DNA of 64,000 nt from contig JBGAIM010000018.1 in the NCBI GenBank assembly GCA_044225555.1, positions 73,382 to 137,381 on the forward strand, given 5' to 3'. Shown here piece by piece: positions 20,003 to 29,522 of this stretch (positions are counted from its first letter, which is position 1; the number at the start of each line of letters is the position of its first letter). The notes under the pieces are model-generated. The model made no database searches. It saw only the letters and a list, made by a program, of their open reading frames with translations, and was not told the origin of the DNA. Source of the DNA: Limisphaerales bacterium. Its GTDB lineage: Bacteria > Verrucomicrobiota > Verrucomicrobiia > Limisphaerales > JADLHS01. The position numbers were made by a program, and so were the translations under genes.

Positions 20003-22711
20003 TCATTCCGCGTGGTCGGCCAGCAGTGCGCGAATGTTTTCCTGCTCGAGGGTCTCCATTTGTTGACGCTTGCGGGCGTAGTGCTGGTATTTCTTCATCT
20101 CGTCCTCCGTCCAGGTGTTGGCTTCGAGATAGTCGCCACAGTAAGGGACCAGCAAGTCGATCCAGCAGGCGATGCGCTCCAGTTCGGCGCGGGTCAGTGT
20201 CACTCCTTGATGACCGGTTTGGAGCAGTATCATCAATTCGCTGCGAACCGCGCCAGCAGTGTAGGGTGGCTGCGGCTCGGGAGCGGATTGCGAACCACTC
20301 CAGTTGACGACGCGGCTTCGAGGCTCGCCGATGAATTGGCGACCGGGTTCGTTTGCCGAGGCGGCGCGTGACTGGGTGAGCAGGAGATAGGCGTCGCTCC
20401 ATTTTCGTTTGGCGGTCGGATCGACGGTTTCAGTCGCCAGCAGGCTGAACGCGGGTTCGAGGCGAGAACCGTCGCCCGTGGTGTTGGCAGGCTGCGTGCG
20501 TTTTAGCAGCGAGCGGCGGGACTCGCCGCTGACGAGTTTCTGGACGGGAGCGCGGTCGTTGTGGCAACGGACGCAGTGACGATCGAGGATCGGTTGGACT
20601 TCCTGGCGGAAACTGAAACCTCGCGGCGGTCCATGGAATGGTGCCAATTGTTGCACTCCGGTTCTCATCGCGAGAGTAGTTCGATAAGTCTCCGCCGGGG
20701 CAGCTGTGCTTTTGTTGTCGTGGCAACCCACGCACGAGAAAGTCTCGCCGGGTTGGAGTGTGCTCCAACTGCGCATGGTCTGCACGGCGTAGCCGCGTTC
20801 ATCCAGGGCTTGAAAGTAAACCGGAGTTCGCGCCGGCACCGTGAACAGCGACGAGCCATCCTCGTAAACTCGGGCGTCGCCCAACACCTTTTTGACATCC
20901 CAAGTGCCGTTACCGATGGCGACCGGGGTGCTGATCATGGCGCCGCCGCCCGGACCACCGCTGCTGTTGTTGCCCACACCAGCGGCACGGAAATCCAGCG
21001 CCACCACGCGCAGCTTCTTGATCGTGCCCCGGCGGACACCGGCCAAACCGGGTCCAGTGTAAATATCCTGCACGTAATACGTGCCGTTCGTATGGCGATA
21101 ATCCACATGATTGGCGCGCGGCGACGGTTTGGGGCGCGCGACCAACGGCACGGGCTGACTGCACGGGAGCGATGGGTCGGAGGCCAGCAGTTCCCGGCGG
21201 CCGTCAAAGTCCATCCAGTAGATGCCGAAGTCAGCATCACCTTGACGCCGCTGCGGGCGATCCCAGCCCAATGGTGCGTAGGTGACGAGGCATTCGGTTT
21301 CGTTCAACGGATGGGGATATTGCCAAAGCTCGCCTTGCTGGCCGTAGGAATCGATGCAATCGGCTGGCGTGGGACGGGTAGGTGCGACCATTTGAACTCC
21401 CGCGTTCTCCTGTCGGCCCCGGGTCGGATCAATCACCGCGAGCTTCCCGGCTTGCGTGCTGTGATGGCCGCAGAGAATTGCGAGCGCCTTCTGCGTCCCG
21501 GGAATGCCGCGGGCGTGAGCGATGGTGGTGGGAAACCAGGAGTTGTTGCCGTAAAACTCCGTTTGCCCGGTGCCGTCGGAGTTCATTTGAAACAGCGGTT
21601 GGGGAAAAATCTGCCCGCGATCATTGTAATCCCAGCGCGTGTAAATCACCCGGCCATCGTCCATCACCTGGGGATAAACCGTGTGCACCTGGTCGAAGCC
21701 GAGCCGCCGCAGGAAACGTCCGTCGGGGGCGCACACGTAAAGGTTGCTGACTTCGGTCCACCAGCAATCCACGGTTTGCACGCAGCGCGTCGAGGCGAAG
21801 ATGATGTCGCCGTTGGGCAGGTAGGCGGGTTCGTAATCGGCAAAGCCCTTTCCCGAAGTGATCTGCCGGATGGTGTTGGCGGTGACCGTCAACTCGTAAA
21901 GATGGTAGTCGTCTTCGTCGAGCGACTTTTTCCATGCGAACAGAATGCGTTGGCCATCCCACGAAACTGCCGGGTCGCGGATGGCGCCGGCAGGATCAGC
22001 CAACAGCGTGCGCACTTGGCTGCGCGAGCCATCCAACTCCAGCAGGCACAACTCGGCTCCGGGCAAAAAATGGCGCTCGTTCTGCGCATCGGACTGTCCC
22101 TCGGTGTAAGCGAAGAAGGAGGGGCGGATGGTGCGATGTTTGACAAAGACGATGCGCGGTGACTTCGCAAACACCGTCCGGAGGCGTTGCTGGCGTCGCA
22201 GCTCGCAAGTGCTCACATAAAGTTCCAGCCAACGCGGATCGTTTGCGGAAGTCTTCGCCTGAATCAATTGCTCCATCACCTCGCGGACCTGCGCCGGCTT
22301 TGAGCCGAGATCCTCGGCGGCGCGGGTGATCAAATGTTGCTCAACGTCGGTGGTCGTGGCGGAACCAAACCACTGCGAGAAGTCCATACCGCTGTCCTGC
22401 TGCGCCCAATCCCACTGAACAGGGAAATCGTCTTGGGTGCGGAGACAGATTTGTTCCGCCGCGGCAGCCGCCTCATTTTTCGCGAGTGCTTGGGCTAGAA
22501 GGTTGGAGCGCGAAGCGAGCAGGGTATCCACCCAGCCGGATTTTTTGACATAGAATTCGGAGGCCGAGGCGCCGACAGGGAAGGGGACAAGCATCAAAAA
22601 CAAAGCGAGCAGCAATCCCACAATGGTCCGGTGATTGTTGGGCGCAATCAAACCGCTCCGCTGCTTGGGCTGCGGAGGACGGGTGAAGCGTTTCCTCACT
22701 CCACCTCCCAT
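20003..22711 (-). CDS. HzsA-related haem beta-propeller protein (paralogue 2)
   Basis: 902 aa with the same repeat pattern as 15549..18032 (DPAVSWDGQRILFAW, FADYEPAYLPNGDIIFAS, YPQVMDDGRVIYTRWDY). Two CxxCH motifs (CVGCH, CVRCH). Confidence 0.7.
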   Translation of the reverse strand: MGGGVRKRFTRPPQPKQRSGLIAPNNHRTIVGLLLALFLMLVPFPVGASASEFYVKKSGWVDTLLASRSNLLAQALAKNEAAAAAEQICLRTQDDFPVQWDWAQQDSGMDFSQWFGSATTTDVEQHLITRAAEDLGSKPAQVREVMEQLIQAKTSANDPRWLELYVSTCELRRQQRLRTVFAKSPRIVFVKHRTIRPSFFAYTEGQSDAQNERHFLPGAELCLLELDGSRSQVRTLLADPAGAIRDPAVSWDGQRILFAWKKSLDEDDYHLYELTVTANTIRQITSGKGFADYEPAYLPNGDIIFASTRCVQTVDCWWTEVSNLYVCAPDGRFLRRLGFDQVHTVYPQVMDDGRVIYTRWDYNDRGQIFPQPLFQMNSDGTGQTEFYGNNSWFPTTIAHARGIPGTQKALAILCGHHSTQAGKLAVIDPTRGRQENAGVQMVAPTRPTPADCIDSYGQQGELWQYPHPLNETECLVTYAPLGWDRPQRRQGDADFGIYWMDFDGRRELLASDPSLPCSQPVPLVARPKPSPRANHVDYRHTNGTYYVQDIYTGPGLAGVRRGTIKKLRVVALDFRAAGVGNNSSGGPGGGAMISTPVAIGNGTWDVKKVLGDARVYEDGSSLFTVPARTPVYFQALDERGYAVQTMRSWSTLQPGETFSCVGCHDNKSTAAPAETYRTTLAMRTGVQQLAPFHGPPRGFSFRQEVQPILDRHCVRCHNDRAPVQKLVSGESRRSLLKRTQPANTTGDGSRLEPAFSLLATETVDPTAKRKWSDAYLLLTQSRAASANEPGRQFIGEPRSRVVNWSGSQSAPEPQPPYTAGAVRSELMILLQTGHQGVTLTRAELERIACWIDLLVPYCGDYLEANTWTEDEMKKYQHYARKRQQMETLEQENIRALLADHAE

Positions 22712-25128
22712 TCGTATAGCCCGACCGAGAAGTCCTTGGGCAACTGGACTTCAAGGCGGAGTGCTTTGGTGGTGACGGGCGTGAACGTGACTTTGACGGC
22801 GTCTCGCTTGCGGACGGCGTAAGCTGACGGGCCGGCAACCGGCTGCCATTGGCCGTTGTCGGCAAGGAAGTGTACGCGCCAGGAAACCGGCAGGCGACAT
22901 TCACCGGTGCCGGTGTCATCGAACCAGGAGACGTTCACGGCTTTGACCGGCGTCGGTTTCGCAAACTCGTAAGACACCCATTCGCTGGAGCCTTTGTGCG
23001 GCCAGAAATTGAAGTTCGGCGCGAACCCGTCGGTCGCATTCTGCGGCAGCAGTTGGTCGTTTAGACAGGAAGGATCAATTTCCGTACGGTGAAACGAGGT
23101 CGTGATCTTTGCCAGGGAAGCGATCGTGGGACGCGGGGATGGGCGGGCGTTGGTGATGGCGCGCGCGACCCAGACGGTCATCGGGCTGAGACCGCGGTTG
23201 GCCCAGACCGCGTAAGGAATGGCCGTCAGGTTCGCCGGCTTGGAGGTGAACGTGCCGGACTCATTGCGAACGGCCTTGAGGGCGTGTTCAACTTTCAGCA
23301 CGGTCACGCCGCCGAGCAGCGCGCCGCGATATTCCGGCGTGACTCTGGCAGTGTCGGGCAGGACCGCATCAAAGACGGCGCCATCATTGTCCACACCTTC
23401 GAGGGCGTACACGGTCGGCCCGCGTTCCAGCGCCACCAGACCGCGCGTGGCCGCGATCTTGGGATTGCCGGTCACGCGACGGACCGGCATCGGCAGGTCG
23501 AGCGTGACGGTGTCGCCGTTTTTCCATTCGCGGGTGATGGCCGCGTAACCTTGTTTAAGTGCAACCGAAACCGATTTGCCGTTCACGCTGACGGACCATT
23601 TGGCGGGTGTGGCATCTTCGTAAGCGTAAAGATCGCTCGGTAGCGGCCGGCCTTGCACCCAACCAGGGACGCGCAGGCAAAGGGTAAAGGTGGCGGGCTT
23701 CTGCGGGCTCAGGCGGAAGGCCACCTGGCCGTCCCACGGGTAACGCGTGGTCTGCGCCAATTTCACCGGATTGCCGGCGATAGTCGCGGTGGCCTCGCCC
23801 TCGGCGTAAAGATTCACGAAGAGTTTGTCATCCTGAACAGCGCAAACGTAACCACCGAGCGAGGCCAGCGTGCGCAGAACGTTCGGCGGACAGCAGGCGC
23901 AACCGAACCACGGCGCGCGCCCGGCGTGACCATGGTTGTTTACCGCTTTGCCGTCGTATTCGAGCGGATTGGGATAAAAGAAACGATCACCGCTGAGCGA
24001 CACGCCACTCAGGACGCCGTTGTAGAGCGAGCGCTCGAAGACGTCCATGTATTTGGCGTCGCCGGTCATGAGGAACATGCGGTGATTCCAGAAGAGGAAC
24101 GCGACCGCAGCACAGGTTTCGTTGTAGCAGCGATTCGGCAGCTCGTAATTGTCGCCATAGGCCTCGCCCGCGGCGCGCGCACCGCAACCGCCGGTCAGGT
24201 GCAACTTTTTTGAAACAACATTTTCCCAGATGGCGGTGATCGCGGCGAGATAGCGGGCGTCACCAGTGAGTGCGGCGACGTCCGCCATGCCGCTGTAGAG
24301 GTAATTGGCGCGAACGGCGTGGCCCACTGCTTCCCGCTGCTCAACGACTGGTTTGTGATTCTGGCTGTACTCGTTGCCGGTGCCGCGACAATCGAGGAAG
24401 AATTTCGCCAAAGCGATCCAGCGCGGATCACCGGTCTGGCGATACAGTTTGGCAAAGCCCATCTCGATGACTTCATGACCGGGAGCAATCCGCGGCTGGC
24501 CGTCGCCGAAGTCCTTTTGCAGCAGGTCAGCGCTTTTGAGGCAGACGTTGAGCAACGAGTTGGAGCCGGTGGCCTGGTCGTAGGCGACACCAGCTTCGTA
24601 GAGATGGCCGAGATTGTAGAGTTCATGGCTGAGCTGCGGATCCTTGAGCCAGCGCTGCCGATCGATCCAGTCGTGGGCTGGACTATCCGGATGCATCGTG
24701 CGCCAGGTGTAGAGATAGCCGTCTGGTTCCTGGGCGGCGGCGATGCGTTTGATCATGGTTTCGAGTTGTGCCGCCACGGCGGGATTGGGCTGCACACTCA
24801 GGCAGAACGACGCACCTTCGATCGCCTTGTAAACATCCGAGTCGTCAAACGGATACTGGGTGGGCGGCTGGTTCTGGAAGTGGGTCTCACCCGCCGCGCG
24901 TTTCTGCATTGTCTCCGTCGCGAGGTCAAAGTTTTTCAACCGGTCCGACGACTCGCACTGGCCAAGTGCGAACGGCATGGTCACAGCGCTGTTCGTGGCC
25001 TGGCGCGCCTGCAGCAGTCCACCAGTGATCCGCACATCGGTAAATGGCACTGGCTTCACGGGGTAATCCGACGCGGCGTAAGCGGCCAGACCAGCCAGGC
25101 TCAGAAGTATCAGGAGCAAATGCTTCAT
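22696..25128 (-). CDS. Glycoside hydrolase family 127 (beta-L-arabinofuranosidase-like, DUF1680) with C-terminal discoidin/F5-8C-like domain
   Basis: Signal peptide MKHLLLILLSLAGLAAYA, then VKPVPFTDVRITGGLLQARQ, YNETCAAVAFLFW and FYPNPLE. The C-terminal ~150 aa are jelly-roll-like. ORF 22696..25167 trimmed to ATG 25128. Confidence 0.75.
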   Translation of the reverse strand: MKHLLLILLSLAGLAAYAASDYPVKPVPFTDVRITGGLLQARQATNSAVTMPFALGQCESSDRLKNFDLATETMQKRAAGETHFQNQPPTQYPFDDSDVYKAIEGASFCLSVQPNPAVAAQLETMIKRIAAAQEPDGYLYTWRTMHPDSPAHDWIDRQRWLKDPQLSHELYNLGHLYEAGVAYDQATGSNSLLNVCLKSADLLQKDFGDGQPRIAPGHEVIEMGFAKLYRQTGDPRWIALAKFFLDCRGTGNEYSQNHKPVVEQREAVGHAVRANYLYSGMADVAALTGDARYLAAITAIWENVVSKKLHLTGGCGARAAGEAYGDNYELPNRCYNETCAAVAFLFWNHRMFLMTGDAKYMDVFERSLYNGVLSGVSLSGDRFFYPNPLEYDGKAVNNHGHAGRAPWFGCACCPPNVLRTLASLGGYVCAVQDDKLFVNLYAEGEATATIAGNPVKLAQTTRYPWDGQVAFRLSPQKPATFTLCLRVPGWVQGRPLPSDLYAYEDATPAKWSVSVNGKSVSVALKQGYAAITREWKNGDTVTLDLPMPVRRVTGNPKIAATRGLVALERGPTVYALEGVDNDGAVFDAVLPDTARVTPEYRGALLGGVTVLKVEHALKAVRNESGTFTSKPANLTAIPYAVWANRGLSPMTVWVARAITNARPSPRPTIASLAKITTSFHRTEIDPSCLNDQLLPQNATDGFAPNFNFWPHKGSSEWVSYEFAKPTPVKAVNVSWFDDTGTGECRLPVSWRVHFLADNGQWQPVAGPSAYAVRKRDAVKVTFTPVTTKALRLEVQLPKDFSVGLYEWEVE

Positions 25129-25513
25129 AGTTGTGACGAGGGACGTGGATTTCGGCGCAGTTGTCAAGCGTGCCGGTGCTACTCCAATTACTCGGTCGAA
25201 GAATTTTCATGCGGCATGGTTATGGTGGATCGGAGTTTGTCACGGCGCTCAGTGGGATTCGTTTGCGTCCTCTGACCACGCCCGGCTCAGGCCGGAAGAA
25301 CAATTGCATTTCCCGGTACGCTGGGGTCTGCTTCCCGGACAGATCACGAGATGTTTGAACGTGATGAACCAAGCCGCTTCTCGCCGGAAACATGAAGTGC
25401 GGCCGTCGCATCAAAAATCGTCTGGCAACATCGGAAGCAAAGCATGAAATCACCAGCCATCATACCGAAGTCCGGCGGCATCGGGTGGTGTTGGTGTGGG
25501 TGAAGCCGGGACG

Positions 25514-25894
25514 CTAGGCGCAACCAGCTTTGGTCCGTTGGGGATGGCGGAACCAGCCATCGAGCAAATGCCAGAGGCTCAGCCATGGATGCTCCCACAG
25601 CATCTTCGGGCCGGCGTAGCGCATCACGATCTTGATCTGCTCGCGACGATCGCGCTGGTAACAATGCACGGGACACCTGGCACAGGTGGGTTTTTCTTCA
25701 CCGAACCGGCACCGGTCCAGCCGGAGGTTTACGTAGCTCATCAATTCCTGACAGTCGCCACACAGATTGCCGGCGTGTTTGTCCCGGCAATAAATGTGCA
25801 ACATGGCGGAGACGGTTTTCCATTCTCGTGCCAGCCGAGGATTGGCGAACTTTCGAAGTGGGTTTGGCGTGCTGGTCGCGACGGTTGCATTCAT
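25514..25894 (-). CDS. Nitrous-oxide-stimulated promoter family (YgbA-like) Cys-rich protein
   Basis: IYCRDKHAGNLCGDCQELMSYVNLRLDRCRFGEEKPTCARCPVHCY pattern. Overlaps the upstream DGC gene by 4 nt. Confidence 0.65.
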   Translation of the reverse strand: MNATVATSTPNPLRKFANPRLAREWKTVSAMLHIYCRDKHAGNLCGDCQELMSYVNLRLDRCRFGEEKPTCARCPVHCYQRDRREQIKIVMRYAGPKMLWEHPWLSLWHLLDGWFRHPQRTKAGCA

Positions 25895-26292
25895 GGGTTT
25901 GCCTCATTTGCGTTAACAAGTTTTTGGATCAGTTCGGCGCCGGCTTGAACCGCGATGGCGAGCCGTTTCTCGGTCGGGGGACAACTGCCTTTGCGGATTC
26001 CCAACCGATGCAATTCCAGAGGATGCACGCTCTCGAAGCCGGCATTGGCGAGCGTGTGCCGGGCGCAATTTAGCGGGCAGCCGTCAATGGCGACAAGGTG
26101 GTCAGCCTTCTCGGCTTTGAGCAGGAGCGGTTTGACGCGACCTCCGATCCCGGCCAGGCAGGACATCTCGCCAAGTTTCTGTTGCGACAAAGCGCGGGCG
26201 GCGCGGTCCGCCAATTCGCCCGCATCGGAACATCCCGAGCACGCGTAGATCACGATGCGCTTGGCGGCTGCGGGATCTTGGTTCTCATTCAT
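25891..26292 (-). CDS. DGC-domain putative zinc-binding protein
   Basis: IVIYACSGCSDAGELADRAAR...LVAIDGCPLNCARHTL (DGC motif). Confidence 0.65.
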   Translation of the reverse strand: MNENQDPAAAKRIVIYACSGCSDAGELADRAARALSQQKLGEMSCLAGIGGRVKPLLLKAEKADHLVAIDGCPLNCARHTLANAGFESVHPLELHRLGIRKGSCPPTEKRLAIAVQAGAELIQKLVNANEANP

Positions 26293-26372
26293 GATCTCAG
26301 GTGCGTAGGATTTGAAATGGTTTGCTCCTGGAGCAGGAGCCGGTTCGAACCGACTCCTGCCAGGAGCGGCTG

Positions 26373-28724
26373 CTATTCTGAGGCCGCGGCTTTTGCCGCC
26401 GCCGCTGCTAGCGCGCGTTCTTCTTCACTTTGATCCGCGAAGGACCAGCCCGTCTTCAAGCCCAGGACGAACCAGCCGATTCCCACCGCGCCGAAGGCAA
26501 AGATCGTGTCGCCGAGGACGCGCAACCAGCGCAGGTTTTGGAGCAGGGGCTGTTGCAGGAATTCCGCCGAGCGGGCGTACCACATGCCGTGTTCCACACT
26601 GGCCCAGGTTTGCAACAAACCGACCGGCAGCAGGCTCACAATCACCATGAGGGCCAGGCCGACATTCAACGACCAGAAGCTGAACGATAGCGTGCGCGAC
26701 TTCCAATGTTCCTGCCGGGTCAGGCCGCGGAGGCAGAACAACATCAGTCCAATTCCGAGCATCCCATACACGCCGAACAAGGCCGCGTGGCCATGCACCG
26801 GCGTGGTGTTCAGTCCTTGCATGTAATAGAGCGCGATGGGCGGATTGATGAGGAAGCCGAACAGGCCGGCGCCCACCAGATTCCAGAACGCCACGGCGAC
26901 GAAGAACAGGATCGGCCAACGATACGCGGCCACCCAGGCTTTGGCGCGCGACAACGTCAGGTTTTCATAAGCCTCAAATCCAATCAGCACCAGCGGCACA
27001 ATTTCCAACGCACTGAACGAAGCTCCGAGCGCGAGCACGCCGGTCGGGGTGCCGCTGAAATATAGATGGTGCATCGTTCCCAGAATGCCGCCGCCAAGGA
27101 AGATGATCGTCGAGAAGATCACCGAGGAAGTAGCCGTCGCAATTCTCAGCAGGCCCATGCGGGTGAACAGAAAGGCGATCACGACTGTGGCAAACACTTC
27201 AAAGAAACCTTCCACCCAGAGGTGCACCACCCACCAGCGCCAATACTCCGCCATGGCCAGGTGTGTCTGCCGGCCCCACATCAGGCCCGCGCCGTAAAAC
27301 ATTCCAATGGCTGCCGACGCAATGATGAACAGCGCCAGCAGATGCCGATTGGGACTGGGGTTTTTGATCGCGGGCCACAGGGAACGGCCCATGAGAAACA
27401 GCCACACAAACAGGCCGACAAACAGGAAGATCTGCCAGAAGCGTCCGAGGTCCACGTATTCATACCCTTGGTGGCCGAACCAGAAGTTCGAGACAAAACC
27501 GAGCTTCTGTTGCACCCCGAACCATTCACCGGCCAGCGAGCCGACCACGATGATGAGGAGGCAGGCGAACAGAAAGTTGATGCCGAAGCGCTGTCCCTTT
27601 GGCTCATAGCCTGAAACGGCGGGCGCCACAAACAAACCGGTCGCTAACCAGGCGGTGGCGATCCAGAAGATGCCGAGTTGCGTATGCCAGGTGCGGGCGA
27701 CCGAATACGGCAGCCACTTGCTCAAGGGAATGCCGAAGAAGCCGTCGCCTTCCACGCCGTAGTGTGCCGTGACGGCGCCCAAGCCGACTTGAACCACAAT
27801 CAATGCGGCCACGATCCAAAAATATTTCAGCGTGGCTTTCATGGAGGGCGTGGCCTTGAGCGCGAGGAGCGGATCGCGCTCCGGCAGTTCATGGTCTGGC
27901 TCGCTTACTTCTTCCTCGCGGCGTTGCACTGCGAAATACCAGACCAGCGTTCCCACTCCGGCCAGCAGAATGACGAAGCTGATGACGGACCAGAGGATGA
28001 TTGAACTGGTCGGACGATTATCAATGAGCGGCTCATGCGGCCAGTTCTGCGTGTAAGTGATGTGCGTTCCGGGGCGCTCCGCAGCGCACGACCAGGCGGT
28101 CCAGAAAAAGAAGGCGTTCATCAACTGTCGGCGTTCCGAGGTCTTGATGGCATTGGCCGGGATGGCATAACTCCTCCTCAATTCGCTCAATGCCGGGTCG
28201 TCGCTGAACAACGAAGTGTAGTGACTGCTCACCGCCTGGATGGCGGCTGCCCGGGTGGTGGACACGACGAGATCACCGGTCTCAGCGTTGTAGGTATTCA
28301 CGCGCAGTTCATGCTTCAAACGCTCGCGCAACGCGGCCTGCGTTTCGGTCGGGGTTTGTTCGTAGCTCTTGCTCCCGGACTGCCCGGCCCAATTGTCGAG
28401 CAGCCACATTGCTTCGCGATGCAGCCAATCCCCCGACCAATCCGGCGCGACATACGCGCCGTGCCCCCAGATGCTCCCGACTTGCTGGCCGCCCATGGAT
28501 TGCCAGACGTTTTGCCCATCCTTGATGGCTTGTGCCGTAAACAGCACCTGGCCGTCGGTTGTGATCACGCGTTTGGGGATGGGCGGCATTTTGCGGTAAA
28601 TTTCCCCGCCGTAATAACCGAGCACGAGGAACGAGAGCCCCAGCACCGCAATCAAGCTGATCCAGAGTTTGCGGTACGATTTTGGTTTGGAGTTTGGTTT
28701 CAGTTTTTCAGTTTCAGTTTTCAT
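26373..28724 (-). CDS. Quinol-dependent nitric oxide reductase (qNOR, NorZ/NorB-like haem-copper oxidase family)
   Basis: 783 aa. N-terminal periplasmic extension TTDGQVLFTAQAIKDGQNVWQSMGGQQVGSIWGHGAYVAPDWSGDWLHREA, followed by ~12 TM helices with conserved His (HHLYFSG, HGHAALFG). Confidence 0.85.
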   Translation of the reverse strand: MKTETEKLKPNSKPKSYRKLWISLIAVLGLSFLVLGYYGGEIYRKMPPIPKRVITTDGQVLFTAQAIKDGQNVWQSMGGQQVGSIWGHGAYVAPDWSGDWLHREAMWLLDNWAGQSGSKSYEQTPTETQAALRERLKHELRVNTYNAETGDLVVSTTRAAAIQAVSSHYTSLFSDDPALSELRRSYAIPANAIKTSERRQLMNAFFFWTAWSCAAERPGTHITYTQNWPHEPLIDNRPTSSIILWSVISFVILLAGVGTLVWYFAVQRREEEVSEPDHELPERDPLLALKATPSMKATLKYFWIVAALIVVQVGLGAVTAHYGVEGDGFFGIPLSKWLPYSVARTWHTQLGIFWIATAWLATGLFVAPAVSGYEPKGQRFGINFLFACLLIIVVGSLAGEWFGVQQKLGFVSNFWFGHQGYEYVDLGRFWQIFLFVGLFVWLFLMGRSLWPAIKNPSPNRHLLALFIIASAAIGMFYGAGLMWGRQTHLAMAEYWRWWVVHLWVEGFFEVFATVVIAFLFTRMGLLRIATATSSVIFSTIIFLGGGILGTMHHLYFSGTPTGVLALGASFSALEIVPLVLIGFEAYENLTLSRAKAWVAAYRWPILFFVAVAFWNLVGAGLFGFLINPPIALYYMQGLNTTPVHGHAALFGVYGMLGIGLMLFCLRGLTRQEHWKSRTLSFSFWSLNVGLALMVIVSLLPVGLLQTWASVEHGMWYARSAEFLQQPLLQNLRWLRVLGDTIFAFGAVGIGWFVLGLKTGWSFADQSEEERALAAAAAKAAASE

Positions 28725-28745
28725 GGTTTAACAGGTTGTTGAAAA

Positions 28746-29369
28746 TCAGGGAGGCAGCTGACGGGTGCGGGGAGTGGTTCGAATCGTTTCTGCAAACAGC
28801 AGCCACGCCCGTTCGCAATGTTGTTCCAGATCGAAGTCACCCTGGCCCAGCAACCAGATAATGGCCGGCGATTGCACCAATCCCAGCCACATCAACGCCA
28901 GCGAATGGGCTGCGAGTTCAGTCCGGATGAGGCCCTGCTTTTGCCCAGCCCGGATGAGCGCCGCAATCTCACCGAGATAGACCTGGTAAATGGCCCGAAT
29001 GCGTTTGCGGTGCCGCGCGTTGCCGGTGAATACGTCTTCCGATAGGATGATGCGCGGCACGGGGACACCACTGGTGATCAATTTCAAATGCCGGAGCAGA
29101 GTTTCATGCAGGCACTCGACCGGGTCCGTGGTCGCCTCCCGGGCGGCCTGGATATTCGCCTGGAAACTCTGCCCGACCAGTTCCAGCACGGCATCCAGGA
29201 CCTCATCCTTGCCGGAGAAGTGGCGGTAAATGGCCGATGTCACGACGCCGACCTGCCTGGCGATGGCGGTGAGGCTGACCTTTCGCCAGCCGCGTGCCGC
29301 CAGCAGCCTCAGCGCGGCTTGCGCAATCTGCTCCTGCCGGATCTCTGTTTTGGCCTTAGTCGCACGCAT
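28746..29369 (-). CDS. TetR/AcrR family transcriptional regulator
   Basis: N-terminal HTH RQEQIAQAALRLLAARGWRKVSLTAIARQVGVVTSAIYRHFSGKDEVL. Directly upstream of qNOR on the same strand. Confidence 0.85.
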   Translation of the reverse strand: MRATKAKTEIRQEQIAQAALRLLAARGWRKVSLTAIARQVGVVTSAIYRHFSGKDEVLDAVLELVGQSFQANIQAAREATTDPVECLHETLLRHLKLITSGVPVPRIILSEDVFTGNARHRKRIRAIYQVYLGEIAALIRAGQKQGLIRTELAAHSLALMWLGLVQSPAIIWLLGQGDFDLEQHCERAWLLFAETIRTTPRTRQLPP

Positions 29370-29522
29370 ATTGTGAATGCACGTTCACAACATAGCGGTC
29401 GCCGGGGAATCCACTTTGACGGAGGTCAAGGTTTGGCAAAATCTCCGGTGGAACGCTTGCCGGGTTGACACCACGCGCGGCTTTACCGCGCCGGTGCCAG
29501 CCGGTAAGTTCCCTTCAACCAA

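Noticed and set aside
20561-22162. 533-aa ORF antisense to the HzsA-related gene. Similar long shadows are 7139..8095, 24319..25275, 37558..38367, 46351..47331, 50814..51593, 51714..52445 and 54944..55747.
   Set aside because: All lie opposite or out of frame to genes with strong family signatures. They have Arg/Gly/Ala-rich composition typical of GC-driven open frames.
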